A program made the position numbers and the translations under genes. DNA of 64,000 bases from Octopus vulgaris. Its lineage: Eukaryota. The stretch is taken from the NCBI GenBank assembly GCA_951406725.2, contig OX597828.1, positions 7,254,001-7,318,000 of the forward strand. Reading direction: 5' to 3'. The notes beneath the pieces were generated by a model. That model saw nothing but the letters and a program-made list of their open reading frames with translations, ran no database searches and was not told where the DNA came from. This document shows, piece by piece, positions 27,479 to 41,890 of the stretch (within the stretch, counting starts at the first letter, position 1; each line of letters begins with the position of its first letter).

Positions 27479-27934
27479 TATATATATATACAAATTGAGA
27501 TAGGGGTTGTGAGTGCAACCCACCATGGGATAACATATATCCAATATACTGCTAGTAAAGCACCCAACAAAGTTAATGCATAAATGTTAAGAATTGCGAT
27601 GCAATTAATTCCTTCACTGTATTATATGGGCAAAGGTAAAATGTTTTACCACAAAGTAATAATACAAAATAAGGAAATGGAGAAATACATCTTAATCAAT
27701 AATCAACTACCAGATAATGCCCAATCACATAATTTATTAAACCACTACATATGAACAGAGACCGGGGAAAATAGAGGGGACAGGTGAAGGGTGATTGGGA
27801 GGATTGACTTGAGAAGGGTGGACTCCCAAAACCGAGCAAGATGGCGAGATGGTGTGAGGATGGTTGCTACGGCATAGAGGTGGACACGCTAACGGGGAAA
27901 AAACCCAGATTTAAAACACTGGAAAAAAAAATAT

Positions 27935-28276
27935 GCAGGCGTGGCTGTGTGGTAAGAAGCTTGCTTCCCAACCACACGGTCCCGGGTTCAATACCACTGC
28001 ATGGCAACTTGAGCAAGTGTCTTCTACTATAGGTTCGGGCCGACCAAAGCTTTGTGAGTGGATTTGGTAGACGGAAACTGAAAGAAGCCCGTCGTATATA
28101 TTTATGGGCCTTTGTGCTTGCGCTGTCCCCGCATAATTGCTTGAGAATCTGTAAGTTCTCGTAACTTAGCGGTTCGATAGAATAAGTACTAGGATTTTTC
28201 CGACTAAAACCCTGTAAGGCGGTACTCCAGTATGGCCACAGTCAAATGACTGAAACAAATAAAAGAATAAAAGAAT
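27935..28276 (+). mobile_element. SINE family A, partly deleted
   Basis: Head ggcgtggctgtgtggtaagaagc and tail cagtcaaatgactgaaacaaataaaag. Confidence 0.85.
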
Positions 28277-29536
28277 GTAACTATACATATACATACTTAC
28301 ATATGTATATATATAAAGTATACATACGCATACTTATTCCCCCCCCACACACACACACATACACACACGGTCGACCAGGGCTCTGGGAAAGAACCTTTTT
28401 TTCATACGAATTGTATCTGAGGGCACAATGCTGTTTTACTTTCTTTTTTCTCTTCCCCCTTTTTTTTGCTGTTTTCAGTCCCCCACCCCCGACCCCACCC
28501 TAAAAGCTCGTCTTCAATGAATACAAACATTTTCTGATATCCCAAGATATTCAAACGTTTGAGTGTCATATAACACCCTCATACTACCCCGCTCGTCATA
28601 GGCCCTGTGGGAAACTATGTATACATAGAAAAACGGATGTCATTCATAGAAATTCATAACGGTTTTTCTCTGTCTCTCATTCTCCCTCTCACTTGAACTA
28701 GTTTTCTGTCTCTCCCCAATATATAACTATTTCTCTCTCAGACGTAAGCTCCCTTTCGCCACTCTTTCATTTTCTTCCTTTCCTTCTTCCTTCCTTTCTT
28801 TTTCTTTCTTTCTTTCATCCTTAACTCATAAACACGAACACACATACACACTCACAAGGCAGCTTTCTCTTTTTCTTATTACATGCATCTTATATAGAAT
28901 CCACTTCAGGTCAAAAAGGGGGAACTCGTTCTCATAAATAGAAAAAAAAAGCAAAACAAAATTTTTTTAAAAATGACTAGAAATAGCAGTCAAATTTCTT
29001 CGCAACACACTTTTACCATTTTATCAAAAGAAGGACACGCTGAACAGCAGAACCATCACTGTTCAACTGCTATGATTATTGGGCTTGAACAAAAACACGA
29101 TCAACTTGGCTAAACATAAGTGTAAAGAAGGGATGGGCACGACTGGAACGCCTTGCATTCTAGGTTTACTCAATGGTAAATGATCTGGGATTAGGCAACA
29201 GTAAACATTCCGTCTTTCTTATCCAAATATTATACCACGACGAAACTCTCATAATTTTTAATGCGCAGAACGGGAAATAGCCATGTGATATAATTAACTC
29301 CATGATAATTAATATTAATTTCTTGAACAGAGTATATTTGTAACACTAGCTAATTCGAAGATTATTTTACCAGGTTTACATTTGGGATTGTATGTTATGC
29401 TAAGCTATGTATGTATGTATGTATGTATGTATGTATGTATGTATGTATGTATGTATGTATGTATGTATGTTTGTATGTATGTATGTATGTATGCATGTAT
29501 GTATGTATGTTCATATAGACACTCACTAGCGCACAG

Positions 29537-29612
<76 letters not shown>

Positions 29613-29722
29613 GTCTGTCTGTCTGTCTGTCTGTATATCTATACACATGCATACATACATACATACATACATACACAAATAGATGTGTGAGTGCGTATTT
29701 GTGCGTATGTTTCTGTGAATGA

Positions 29723-29767
<45 letters not shown>

Positions 29768-29945
29768 CATATAATGCACATTAATACACACACGTATATA
29801 TGTATATATATATAAACACACACATATATATGTATATGTAAATATGAAATATACATGTATGTATATATATATATATATATAAAGTATACATGTATGTATA
29901 TAAATGTAAAGTATACATGTATATATGTATGTGTATATATATTTT

Positions 29946-29986
<41 letters not shown>

Positions 29987-30715
29987 TATATACATATACA
30001 TGTATATATATATGGAAGGATACCTTGCCCACGCACACACACATACATGCACGCTCACACACATGCATGCTCCAACACACATGCAAACACAAGAGGCCAA
30101 AAGAGAATCTATGCAGTTGCTCTGCTAGAAATAGTAGCCTAATTACCTCTAAATACACACTTCTACCGTTTAATAGGGAAAGACAGAAGGAATACTATGT
30201 TCACACTCTAGACGGCTAAAAAGGGTGTGTCACGGTTGGGTTGTCTTTGATCTTTGGTTTCCTAATTCGGGGTAGAAACGCGGCTGAATAGCAACAAACA
30301 GCGTACACACGCACAACGTAAACATACTGTTTAGCATGTATGTATAATTCTTATTTCGATATTATTTTCGATTGAATGTATACGCGATGTGATTGCGTGT
30401 ACAGACATATTACATACACATACATACGTATATACATAATATATATATATATATATATGCATATATACATATATGTACGTACCTACATCTATATGTATAT
30501 ATACATGCATATATGGGTATAGGCCATGAAAAAAACGTTGAACACAATGAGAAACGAAAACATAAAAACAAAACCATGGAAACGAACTATTTTCCAAGCA
30601 ACGAAAGAACTGAGTACAAGACATTCCCCTTCTTCAGTTGTCCCTGTTTCGTCTAATACACACACACACACATATATGTATATATATATATTATACATAC
30701 ATATGTATATATATA

Positions 30716-30841
30716 GGCGCAGGTGTGGCTGTGTAGTAAGTAACTTGCGTGGCACCTTGGGAAAGTGTCTTCTACTATAGCCTCGGGCCGACCGAAGCCT
30801 TGTGAGTGGATTTGATAGACGGAAACTGAAAGAAGTCTGTC

Positions 30842-30910
<69 letters not shown>

Positions 30911-31105
30911 TCCCCTCAACATCGCTTGACAACCGATGCTGGTATGTTTACGTCCCCGTTACTTAGCGGTTCGGTAAAAGAGAACGATAGAATAAGTACT
31001 AGGCTTACAAAGAATAAGTCCTTGGGTCGATTTGCTCGACTAAAAGGCAGTGCTCCAGCATGGCCGCAGTCAAATGACTGAAACAAGTAAAAGAGAAAAG
31101 AGAAA
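30716..31105 (+). mobile_element. SINE family A
   Basis: Head with a B-box deletion, (TA)n(TG)n and an intact 3' module. Confidence 0.9.
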
Positions 31106-31839
31106 GAGATATGTATATGTGTATGTATATATATATATATATACAAAGAGAGAGAAAGAAAGAAAGAGAGAAAGAGACAGTTAAATAGACTGACAGATAG
31201 ACAGCTAGGCAGACAGACCGATAGACAGAGAGACAGATTGATAAATGCATACACACATAAATATATATAACGTACATATGCGCGCTAGCACACACGTGTT
31301 TCATCATAGGGTAATATAATAGCTCAATATAAACAGCTGTGTGTAACGTTAAACCCTACAGTCTGTAGGCTGCAATGATTTACGTGTGCACCCGTTTGCA
31401 CTTGTCGTCTTAAAGTGCAGATGAACTACAACGCTGCAGTGAAGGAATGGGATAATGGAATCCTTAGTTCTTTACAACAATGGTTCATGCACGCAAACAT
31501 ATATACGAAGGCGCACACCACAGACTCACAAAGCCATACATACCTACACATGCATATACGCTTGCAAACACACAGACATAACCATTCGCAACGGCGCGCA
31601 CACGCACACACACAAAATTGTAATCTAAATGCGTGGATGAAAAAAAATGTTAGGGGGTTTAAAAGAGAAAGAAGATTTATCGATGAGTGGTTGGCTGGAC
31701 GTTGGAGGTGATGATGCAGAGAAAGATCAATGGGGCCGCTCATGCCCTTTGATGGATACCGCTAACGAGGAAATATGGCCAGGCCACCAATAACATCGTT
31801 TATACTAGTGATACCGTAATGCAATGTTATATATGATAT

Positions 31840-31900
<61 letters not shown>

Positions 31901-32080
31901 GTATATATATGTATATATATGTATATATATATATATATATATCCATATATATACGTATATGCATATATATATATATATACATACATATATACATAATATA
32001 TATATGTATATATATATATATATATACGTAAATATATACATATATACATATACATACATATATATGCATATATATATATA

Positions 32081-32127
<47 letters not shown>

Positions 32128-32183
32128 GTATATATACATATATATATATATACATATATATACATGTATATGCATATATATAC

Positions 32184-32229
<46 letters not shown>

Positions 32230-32532
32230 CATACATACATACATTATATATATTTCGTTTTGGGATTTGGTTTGCAAGATTCTTTATGTGAGTTCGTGTA
32301 TTGAAGCATATTTTGTTGTGTCTGGGGAAAGTCATTTTCTTTTTGTGCCTTATTATGTGACACACTCACCGGTAAAACTATTGAAAAGGTTGCAAGACGC
32401 AACGAAAAGTTTAGGAAAATAAAAATAACAAATAAGTGGTTATTTTACTGGTGAGTGTATTAAATAATAAGGCACAAAAAGAAAATGACTCACCCCAGAC
32501 ACAACAGAATACGTATATATATTAAATACAAC

Positions 32533-32606
<74 letters not shown>

Positions 32607-32618
32607 GTATGTGTGTGC

Positions 32619-32752
<134 letters not shown>

Positions 32753-33223
32753 CTTTATGTAGAAAAATACAAACTGGGACAGGAACATATATATATGCAT
32801 GTATGTATATAAGCACACCAACCCACACATGGGACTGTGGTAAGAAGTTCGCTTCCCAAGCACATGTTTCCGGGTTCAGTCTCACTGCGTGGCACCATAG
32901 GCGAGTCTCTTCTATTACACGGGTCAACCATAGCCTTGTAGCCTTGTGAGTGAATTTCATAAACGGAAACTAAAAGAATCCTTCATATACATGTGCGTGT
33001 TTGTGCTTCTTTACGTTTGTGTCTCCCCCCCACCACCAATCGCTCGACAACTGGTGTCAGTTTCATTGCGTCCCCTAACTGAACGTTTCAGCCCCACAAG
33101 AAATTGATAAAATAGATAGGTACTAGTGTCAATTTGTTTGACTAAACCCTTCAAGACCAGAATGGCCGCAGTCCAGTGTTTGAAACAAATAAAAGATAAT
33201 ATATGAATATATATATATTAGTA

Positions 33224-33536
33224 AATGGAGGCGCAATGACCCAGTGGTTAGGGCAGCGGAGTCACGGTTGTAGGATCGCGGTTTCGATTCCCAGACCGGG
33301 CGTAGTAAGTGTTTATTGAGCGAAAACACCTAAAGCTCCACGAGGCACCGGCAGCGGGTGGTGGCGATCCCTGTTGTACTCTTTCGCCGCAACTTTCTCT
33401 CACTCTTTCTTCTGTTGGCCTGCTCGCTTAACCAGCGTGGTGGCGTCATTTGAAGGCTAAAACAATGCGAAGCGCATTGTGACCAGCGATTTGTAGCAAC
33501 ATCTGATAGCCTGGTCAGTCACGGTGATCACGGTGA
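33224..33536 (+). mobile_element. SINE family B copy with tail ending (TCACGGTGA)2
   Basis: Family B head and body, followed by a distinct 3' tail. Confidence 0.85.
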
Positions 33537-33564
33537 TGTATTAGTAAATACATACATGCATACA

Positions 33565-33781
33565 TACGAGAGGTTGCTGAAAACCTCCTGGCTTTAAGGG
33601 TATCACGAAAGCATGGTTGGAGGCCCAACTTTCTGCTTCGTTTACAGGGCTTAGGAAATCCGAAGACCCGCTGCGATAAGTGAGTGGATCTGAGAAGGGA
33701 ATATGTTGCATGAAATCTTAACTTATTCTCCTGTATTTTCTTGCACACAAAGCCAGGAACTTTTCAGCAACCCCACTCATA
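33565..33781 (+). mobile_element. Mariner-derived MITE
   Basis: TA-CGAG...gctgaaaacctcctggcttt / aaagccaggaacttttcagc TIRs. The interior resembles the mariner transposase C-terminus. A second copy lies at 37355-37557. Confidence 0.75.
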
Positions 33782-34279
33782 TAAATGTACGTTCGTATTA
33801 TATGTATGTGCATGCGTGTAGGATGCATATGCATGTGGTTATGTTTTGGGACTCGTGAGCGTAAATACGTACGTTCAATTCCCGAACCCACCGATGCTGT
33901 TTGTCTTTAAGCGATGCGCATCATCTTATGGTACTCCAGTCCAGTCCACTGAAAAATCGTACCAGTCACCTGTTGGTGCACATCATACCTTTATCGCAGT
34001 AGTCATATGCTCGATGCTACGCTGGGTTATTTATGAAAGAGACGATAGGGTGCCTATGTGCGCGCGATTACCAAGGCACCTAAGACAGTTTTAGCAAACA
34101 CATTTGGTGGGTGTTACATGTATAATTTAATGACATTTCATTAACTCCATACAACTTTGAGTTTCGGGGGTTTGTAAAATGAACGTAGCTCTTCTTCGGT
34201 TATTTAAGCTTGAAAGAGCTGGGTTCGCTTTATGAGCCCACAAAACTGTCATGAAATCAAATCAAAATGTTATTACATA

Positions 34280-34369
<90 letters not shown>

Positions 34370-34371
<2 letters not shown>

Positions 34372-34569
34372 ATGATAGATCGTCAGCTACTACACGCATT
34401 TTTTTCTCTCCTTGTTTCTCTCCTTGTTTTTTTCTGTGTATCTTTCTGTCGAAGAGCGTAGGCTCGAAACGTAAAAGACTTTTCCCATTCCTGAGCGTTG
34501 TACTAATACATTTGTTTGTTTGTACTCCACCTGCCTTCGTCTTTTGTTTATTTTCGTAAATTTTCCCTT

Positions 34570-34570
<1 letters not shown>
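34370..34570 (+). mobile_element. Penelope-like pseudo-LTR fragment in (TA)n with hammerhead-like motif at 34441-34478
   Basis: tcttt-CTGTCGA-agagc-gtag-gctc-GAAAC-GTA-aaaga, flanked by TA repeats on both sides. Confidence 0.7.
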
Positions 34571-34625
<55 letters not shown>

Positions 34626-34649
34626 TTATGTATCTATACATATATGTAT

Positions 34650-34683
<34 letters not shown>

Positions 34684-34736
34684 GTGTGTGTGTTTGTGTG
34701 TGTATGTATGTGTGTAAATAAATATATGTACAAATA

Positions 34737-34770
<34 letters not shown>

Positions 34771-35389
34771 GTATCTATGTATACGTGTGTATACATATAT
34801 TATATGTACATATATATGTACGTATGTATATGTATGTATCTATATGTGTGTATGTATGTGTGTGTGTGTATGTGTTATGGGTGACAGGAGGAGTATTAAC
34901 TTAAAATTGCCATTTGTGTATCATACCTAAAGTATATACATGGTGAAAGCTTAATTTACGTCGGTACATTTTAGGAGATAATAAATCATATAGGCTTATA
35001 TCTCATCTAGATCGTCCCATAGGACGCCCTTATAGACTTATAGCTTGAAGAAACACCTGAGAATCGTCCAGTAGCGGAGGTGGCATTGCTAAATACACAT
35101 TTCTGTCTCTTTGAGTATCATTAGTAGCAATTATCTACTGGTAACTAAATACTAAAACAACATTAGTCGTTATTGATATAGTAAAACGTTGGTTGAAAAA
35201 TCATCGATGACGCATTTAGCCAGCAAGCTCAATAAATCTTTGTTGTGTGCAACAAAAATAGTATTAGTTTAAAGGAGCAAACTGTGTATCATATCTAAAG
35301 CAGATAAGACGTTGACAGCCTAATTTTTCGAGATATCTGTCTTGTGATAATATTCCTTAAAGAGCAATAACTCTTATAGAGTGATACTT

Positions 35390-36237
35390 CTTGGAGAAGA
35401 AGAAAAATATGAAGAAGATGAAGAAAAAAGGGAAAAGAAGGAGAAGAAAGAGGTGGATATGGGGAAGAAGGAGCAAGAAAGGTGGAGAAAAAGAAGAAGA
35501 AAAAGAAGAAAAGGAAAAGAAGAAGCAGAATGAGAAGAAGGAGGAGATGGTAGAGAAGAAGAAGAAGAAGAAGAAGAAGAAGAAGAAGAAGAAGAAGAAG
35601 AAGAAGAAGGAAAGGAATAAGGAGCAGAATGAGAAAAAGGAAGAAGTGGCAGAGATGGAGAAGAACAAGGAGAAGGAGGAGGCGGAGATGACGAAGAAAA
35701 GAAGAAAAGGAAAAAGAAGCAGAACGAGAAGAAAGAGGAGGAGGTAGTGATGGAGAAGAATGAGGAGAAGGCGAAGTAGGAGAAGAGAAGAACGAGGAGA
35801 TAGAGGTGGTGGTGGAGAAGAAGAAGAATGAGGAGGAGATAGAGGTGGTGGTGGAGAAGAAGAAGAATGAGGAGGAGGGGGAGGAGGTGGAAAAGGAGGG
35901 GATGGAAATGAAGAAGAACAACGAGGAGAAGGTGAAAGTAGAGAAGAAGAGAACAAGAACGGGGCGGAGGAGGTGAAGGTGGAGAAGAAGAAGGAGAGGA
36001 GGAGAATGTGGAGGAGAAGGTGAAGGTGGAAAAGAAGGGGAGAAGAAGATAAGAAAAAACTGAAGAGAAGGATGGAAAGGAGGAGGAGGTGGTGGTCGAG
36101 AAGAAGTGGTGGAAGTGGAGGAAGAGGAGGTGGAGCAGGATGGTGGTGGTGGTAGTGGTGGTGGTGGAGGGGAAGGGTTGGAAGTGGAGGGAAAGGAGGG
36201 GTAAAAGAAGAAGAAGAAGAAGAAGAAGAAGAAGATG
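35390..36237. repeat. ~850 bp purine-rich (GAA/GAG/GGT) low-complexity tract
   Basis: Direct reading. Includes a short ~39-bp tandem duplication (gaggagatagaggtggtggtggagaagaagaagaatgag). Confidence 0.9.
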
Positions 36238-36527
36238 CTAATTTTGACCGGCATAATTTGTATGATTACACTAAGTAATTTATAACGAAAAGACTAACTA
36301 ATGTGCTGGTGGTATTGTAGGACAGAGAGCAGTAATATGGGTTTCTGTCACAGTGTTCAGCCAGCACCCAGTATTACATTTAAGCATTCTAAAAGAAGCT
36401 GATGTTCTTGAATCTTTGCAGTAAGAATAAATCTGAACCAATGTTGATTAAAGTGTTTTAATTAGAATTAAAAGAAATGCCCGCTGGTGGAATGGGGCCC
36501 AAACACCCGCAGAAAGGTAGCTGCATA

Positions 36528-36759
36528 AGGCGGCGAGCTGGCAGAAACGTTAGCATGCCGGGCGAAATGCTTAGCAGTATTTCATCTGCCGCTACGTTCT
36601 GAGTTCAAATTCCGCCGAGGTCGACTTTGCCTTTCATCCTTTCGGTGTCGATAAATTAAGTACCAGTTACGCACTGGGGTCGATGTAATCGACTTAATCC
36701 GTTTGTCTGTCCTTGTTTGTCCCCGCTATGTTAAGCCCCTTGTGGGCAATAAATAAATA
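36528..36759 (+). mobile_element. SINE family D, full-length with 17-bp TSD
   Basis: Head ggcggcgagctggcagaaacgttagc and B-box gagttcaaattcc. The central gcctttcatcctttcgg..tcgataaattaagtaccag resembles the Meta/MESC SINE domain (from memory). TSD agaaag(g/t)tagctgcata at 36511-36527 and 36760-36776. Confidence 0.9.
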
Positions 36760-37354
36760 AGAAAGTTAGCTGCATATCTCACTATTTAGTTTCTATAAGT
36801 GGGGTACATTGTTCAGTATTAAGAACTGGAAAGTCATATCTGTTCACGGTTGTTCTTGACCTGATCAAGCAAACCTGTGATCAGATATATTCCAGCCTTG
36901 CCCATCTCATATTATTTTAGGCATTGTATATTTTGTACTACATTATCCAATATATCTTTTCTTAAGACGTTGGAATATGATTTGAAGGTTATTTTATCGT
37001 TATTTTGTTATAGGCTGAGCATTCATAGAGAGTACCCCTCGGTGGTACGTTGTGCGGGCATTACATATGCTGTAGAGCAAGCATTGCATACATTTCTACT
37101 TCGTTTTTAATCTTTTCATTAGCAGACCTTATGATATATTGTCATCCTGTACTTGTTTCAGTCATTAGACTGCGGCCATGCTAGGGCACTGCTTTGACAT
37201 TTTAGTCGAAGAAGTCGACCCCAGTACTCATTCTTTTCTAAGCCTGGGACTTATTCTATCGGCCACTATGTTATGAGAACATAAACGCACCGACACCGGT
37301 TGTCAAGCGGTGGTGGAAAACAAACACAGATACAAAGACACACGCTTAGATGCA

Positions 37355-37557
37355 TACGACGGGTACTGAAAAGTTCCTGGCTTTAAAGATCTCACAAAAG
37401 GCCTGAACTTCCGATTTCTTTTACAGGGCTTGGGAAAAATGAAGGACCACTGTAATAAGTGCGTGAATCTGAGAGGGGGACATATTGAACAAAATCATAA
37501 CTGACCATCTTGTATTTACTTTTACCCAAAGCCAAGAACTTTCCTGCACCGCTTCGT
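37355..37557 (+). mobile_element. Mariner-derived MITE (same family as 33565-33781)
   Basis: TIR ctgaaaagttcctggcttt / aaagccaagaactttcctg, with a shared interior. Confidence 0.7.
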
Positions 37558-37562
37558 GTGTG

Positions 37563-37665
<103 letters not shown>

Positions 37666-37689
37666 AAATAAGAGAAGAAGATGGATAAA

Positions 37690-38085
37690 GCAACAATGGG
37701 AAACTCATGGTTTACGCTGGTATGTCTTTAATTAAATAGGTAACAAAGAACGAAGAAGCAGAGATGAGGATGGCATTTAAGATCGTTTCGATGTACTGGA
37801 GTAAGTAAATCTCTTCAGAATGCGAGTAATAGATAGATGCATTGGTTTAGGATGCGAAAATGATTGATACATATGTGATGGTAATGTAAACAAATTGGTA
37901 ATTCTTACATTGAAATTTTGTTCTTGCACTGGTAAATTCGCTTGGTAGAGGTTTACTTTTGGTAGATTGGTTAGTTTCGTTGGGTAATTAGGGTAGGGTG
38001 AGTATTATTTAGGTGCGGGTTACCACGTTTAATTAAGCACATTTTTTCTCACGTGTTCATCTTGCATTACAGATTTTGACACAGT
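37690..38085 (-). mobile_element. Penelope-like fragment with degenerate hammerhead motif (37773-37823)
   Basis: Reverse strand gcatt-CTGAAGA-gat...atc-GAAAC-gatc-TTA-aatgc. Confidence 0.55.
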
Positions 38086-38107
38086 TACATACATACATAC
38101 ATACATA

Positions 38108-38154
<47 letters not shown>

Positions 38155-38859
38155 TCACAAGGCTATAGTTGAGAAGAGGCTATAGTGGAAGTTATTTGCC
38201 CAAGGTGCTATGCAGTGGGACTGAACTTGGAACCATGTTGTTGGGAAGCCAGCTTCTTACCACACAAAGACCATCGATCCACAGCGTCACATGTGGCCCA
38301 TGTACTGCAGCTGGTCTTAGTTTATTGTTGAGTATTATTAACTCTGAAGTCGATGACTTTTCTTTGATTAAAATCGAAGAATTTTGCATAACAGCGATAG
38401 CCAAAAGAAAGCTGCATTTCTTTGGCAGAACCGGCCAAAATATTAGTCTCTGTACAACGTAGTTTAGAATTTGTGAAACGCTTACATCGTCAGTTCTGGT
38501 TTCAATTCGCTTTATACTCACGTTGACCACAATGAGCCTATCTGGTGACTAACTTTATAGCTTTATATAGGTTAGATATGACTTTGGCAATATTATATTC
38601 ATAACAGATGTTCAAGAACGTTTTAATTCTTCTGCTGCGGTAAAACAACAACAACAGCAACAATAACGAAATCAAAAATGTCTTTGTATGTTGAAGTCCT
38701 GACATTGTAAAGAAAATAAGGGTTGACATTAAAGATTAACGGATATTCTAAGAATCCAGAATTTGCAGGGAGCGTGATGGGTTCAGCTGTGTATACGCGT
38801 ACACGTATGTATGTATGTATGTATGTATGTATGTATGTATGTATGTATGTATGTATGTA

Positions 38860-39260
38860 TGAGTACGCATGTATGTATGTGTGTATGCATATCTATATGC
38901 ATGTATGTATGTGTGTGTGTGTATGTGAAAATGTATTTATGTATGTATGCATGCATGTATGTGTACGCATGTATGTATGTGTGTATGCATATCTATATGC
39001 ATGTATGTATGTGTATATATGTGTATGTGAAAATGTATATATGTATGTATGCATGTATGTGTACGCATGTATGTATGTGTGTATGCATATCTATATGCAT
39101 GTATGTGTGTACATGTGTATGTGAATATGTATATATATATGTATGTATGCATGTGTACGCATGTATGTGTGTGTGCATGCATATCTATATGCATGTATGT
39201 ATGTGTGTGTGTGTATCTGAAAATGTATGCATGTACATGTGTGTATGTACGTATGCATAT
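38860..39260. repeat. Higher-order ~95-100 bp tandem repeat (x4) derived from (TATG)n/(TG)n
   Basis: The unit gtacgcatgtatgt...gcatatctatatgcatg...gtgaaaatgta recurs near 38862, 38963, 39061 and 39155. Confidence 0.8.
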
Positions 39261-39682
39261 ATGGAAAGAGCGAGCAAGAAAGAGATAGATAGATAGATAG
39301 ATAAATAGATAGAGAGTGTGTGAGAGAGATGAGAGAGAGGGTGGAGGGAGGGGGGAGAACCTGAGAGAGAATGCTGTGTGCGTATTTTCAATAAGACTGT
39401 ATTATACAGAGAACATGGTATTGTTTATATACAATGCACATCAAAAATAGACACGTGGCGTCTGTTTTCTGCATGTGATTAATTCACTATTAGTTATGAA
39501 ACTAACAGATAATGTACTTTCATTGATAAACACACACACACATTCACATACACAGACACGGACACATGTTACACCACCACCACCAGACACGCACACACTC
39601 ATGCACACACTATGTCCAACACAAAGACATTGACAAAGCCATACATTCATCCATATGTACGTGCATACACAGAAACACACGG

Positions 39683-39762
<80 letters not shown>

Positions 39763-40019
39763 GTCTATCTATCCCCCCCCCTTTCTCTCTCTCGCAATAT
39801 ATATATATATATATATATATACTACAAAAAAATGGAGTAATTTTGTAGTATTAATTTACGGTAATATTATTACCTTTGCCCATATAATACAATAGATGAA
39901 CTAATTGCTTGGCAATTTTTAACATCTATGTATTAGTCTTGTTGGGTACCTATCTAGCAGTATATTGGATATATGTTATCCCATGGTGGGTTGAATTTTT
40001 CAACCCCTATCTCATTTTA

Positions 40020-40062
<43 letters not shown>

Positions 40063-40250
40063 GTAGGAGTGGCTGTGTGCTAAGAAGCTTGCTTACCAAC
40101 CACATGGTTCAGTCCCACTTTGTGGCACCTTGGGCAAGTGTCTTCTGCTATAGCCTCAGGCCGACCAAAGCCTTGTGAGAGGATTTGGGAGACGGACTCT
40201 GAAAGAAGCCCGTCGTATATATGTATGTGTATATGTATACATATATATAT

Positions 40251-40317
<67 letters not shown>

Positions 40318-40849
40318 AGCTTACTTCGAGGATAAGAAACGAAACGACGCGAGGTATGCGTATGTATGTATGTATGTATGTATGTATGTATGTATGTATG
40401 TATGTATGTATGTATGTATGTATGTATGTATGTATGTATGTATGTATGTATGTATGTATATGTTTGTGTGACTGTGGTTAATGGGTTCTGTTCGTGACCA
40501 CGTGGTTCAGTATTTCGTTAATACCATATTTGTAGACGGAAAGAAGCCTATCACGTGTATATATGCACGCGCACGTGCGTGCACGTATATGTGTATATAT
40601 GTGTATGTATATGTGTGTGTGTGTGTATGTGTGCATGATATCTATCTATCTATCTATATATATATATATATATATGCGTGTGTGTGTGTGTGTGCGTGAT
40701 ATGTAGATATATATATGTATGCATGTAGGCATGATATGTGTGAGTGTGTGTATGTGTGTGTGCGTGTGTGTACCTAAACAAGTACATAAATACAAAAGAA
40801 GGTGCAAAAATAGTAGTCGAATACCAGAGGTAGAGTAATATACCGAAGA

Positions 40850-41890
40850 CCCGCCCTCTAACCTAGATCCAAGGCTACTTCATTGAAATTTCGACTTCAA
40901 CAACAGGGTATTTTTAGTTGTTTGTATGTATGTATATATGTATGTATATGCGCAGATTTGTATGTTCTCATGCATATAGTTGCATATCTAGACATGCTCA
41001 TATATATTTAAATGATAAACTTCTGGGAAAGTTTACAGAATTTTACAGTTCCAGTGATGGACTGGCTCTGTAGTCTTCGAATTAGCTTTCTTCTTTCTGG
41101 TTTTGAGGAGCCTAATTTCCCAAGATTGGTATTTGGGCAGTGTGTCACATATCCCAGGGCTCCAGTATTTACAGGTATAAACTTGAACTTGTAATCTAGA
41201 TAGAGTAACTGCATATTTCTCAATAGTTCAGATTTCTCTTTTTTATGTTAACTTCCATTGGGAAACTAATTTCCATAACTGTACAGTTTCTCTTCTCTAT
41301 CCCAAATCATTATATCAGGTCTATTGTGCTAACATTTTATTGAGGTTTTGACTGGGACATTCCACCAGCACTCCTTTTTATTATGAGTGGCTATGGTTTC
41401 TATCATATTGTGGGTTCTTATCTCTTTGTCCTCGGAGTTATCTTTCCGACAGATTTCATTATAGGGTATCCTAACTACAGCATAACGTCTCATCGGTAGA
41501 AAATATCATGATGACATTTTCGGACAACTGCTTATGATGTAGATGACAGCTTCAGTGTTAACTCCACAAAGTCTGCATCAGTTGTTACATTTTACTGTTT
41601 TTTCTGCATCTCTATCCCTTCTGTGCATCAGGTACTTGGTTGATATTTCCAGTTCCTGGATTGCAAGCGCATACCGTTCAAAGTGTGAGCTAGTAATCTG
41701 GTTATTGGTCCATGATAGACTGCTTTGGTGCATAGTCTTCTGCTCACATATACTCATCCTTTCATCTGATGATATGTTGCGGTAGAGTCGTGCGACATCT
41801 TTGGGCATGTATTTAAGTTTATCAGACAAGGAATGTTGCCAAGTATTATGATGTTTTCAGGCATGTTTTACTATTCTCGTAGGGAATGTT
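40850..41890 (-). mobile_element. R4/Dong-type (restriction-like endonuclease) non-LTR retrotransposon 3' fragment, decayed
   Basis: Degenerate Zn knuckle CRLCGVNTEAVIYIISSCPKMS, WWNVPVKT..HNRPDIMIWDREEK (PD motif) and FIPVNTGALG...LQSQSITGTVK. In-frame stops are present. Confidence 0.85.

Noticed and set aside
28377-28608. Possible hAT MITE (cagggc...gccctg), with similar hints at 60615 and 63505
   Set aside because: The TIR match is too short and no TSD was found.
35295-36254. Longest ORF (319 aa, minus) and overlapping K/E-rich ORFs
   Set aside because: Translation of a GAA/GAG low-complexity tract that lacks stops by composition. No domain is present.
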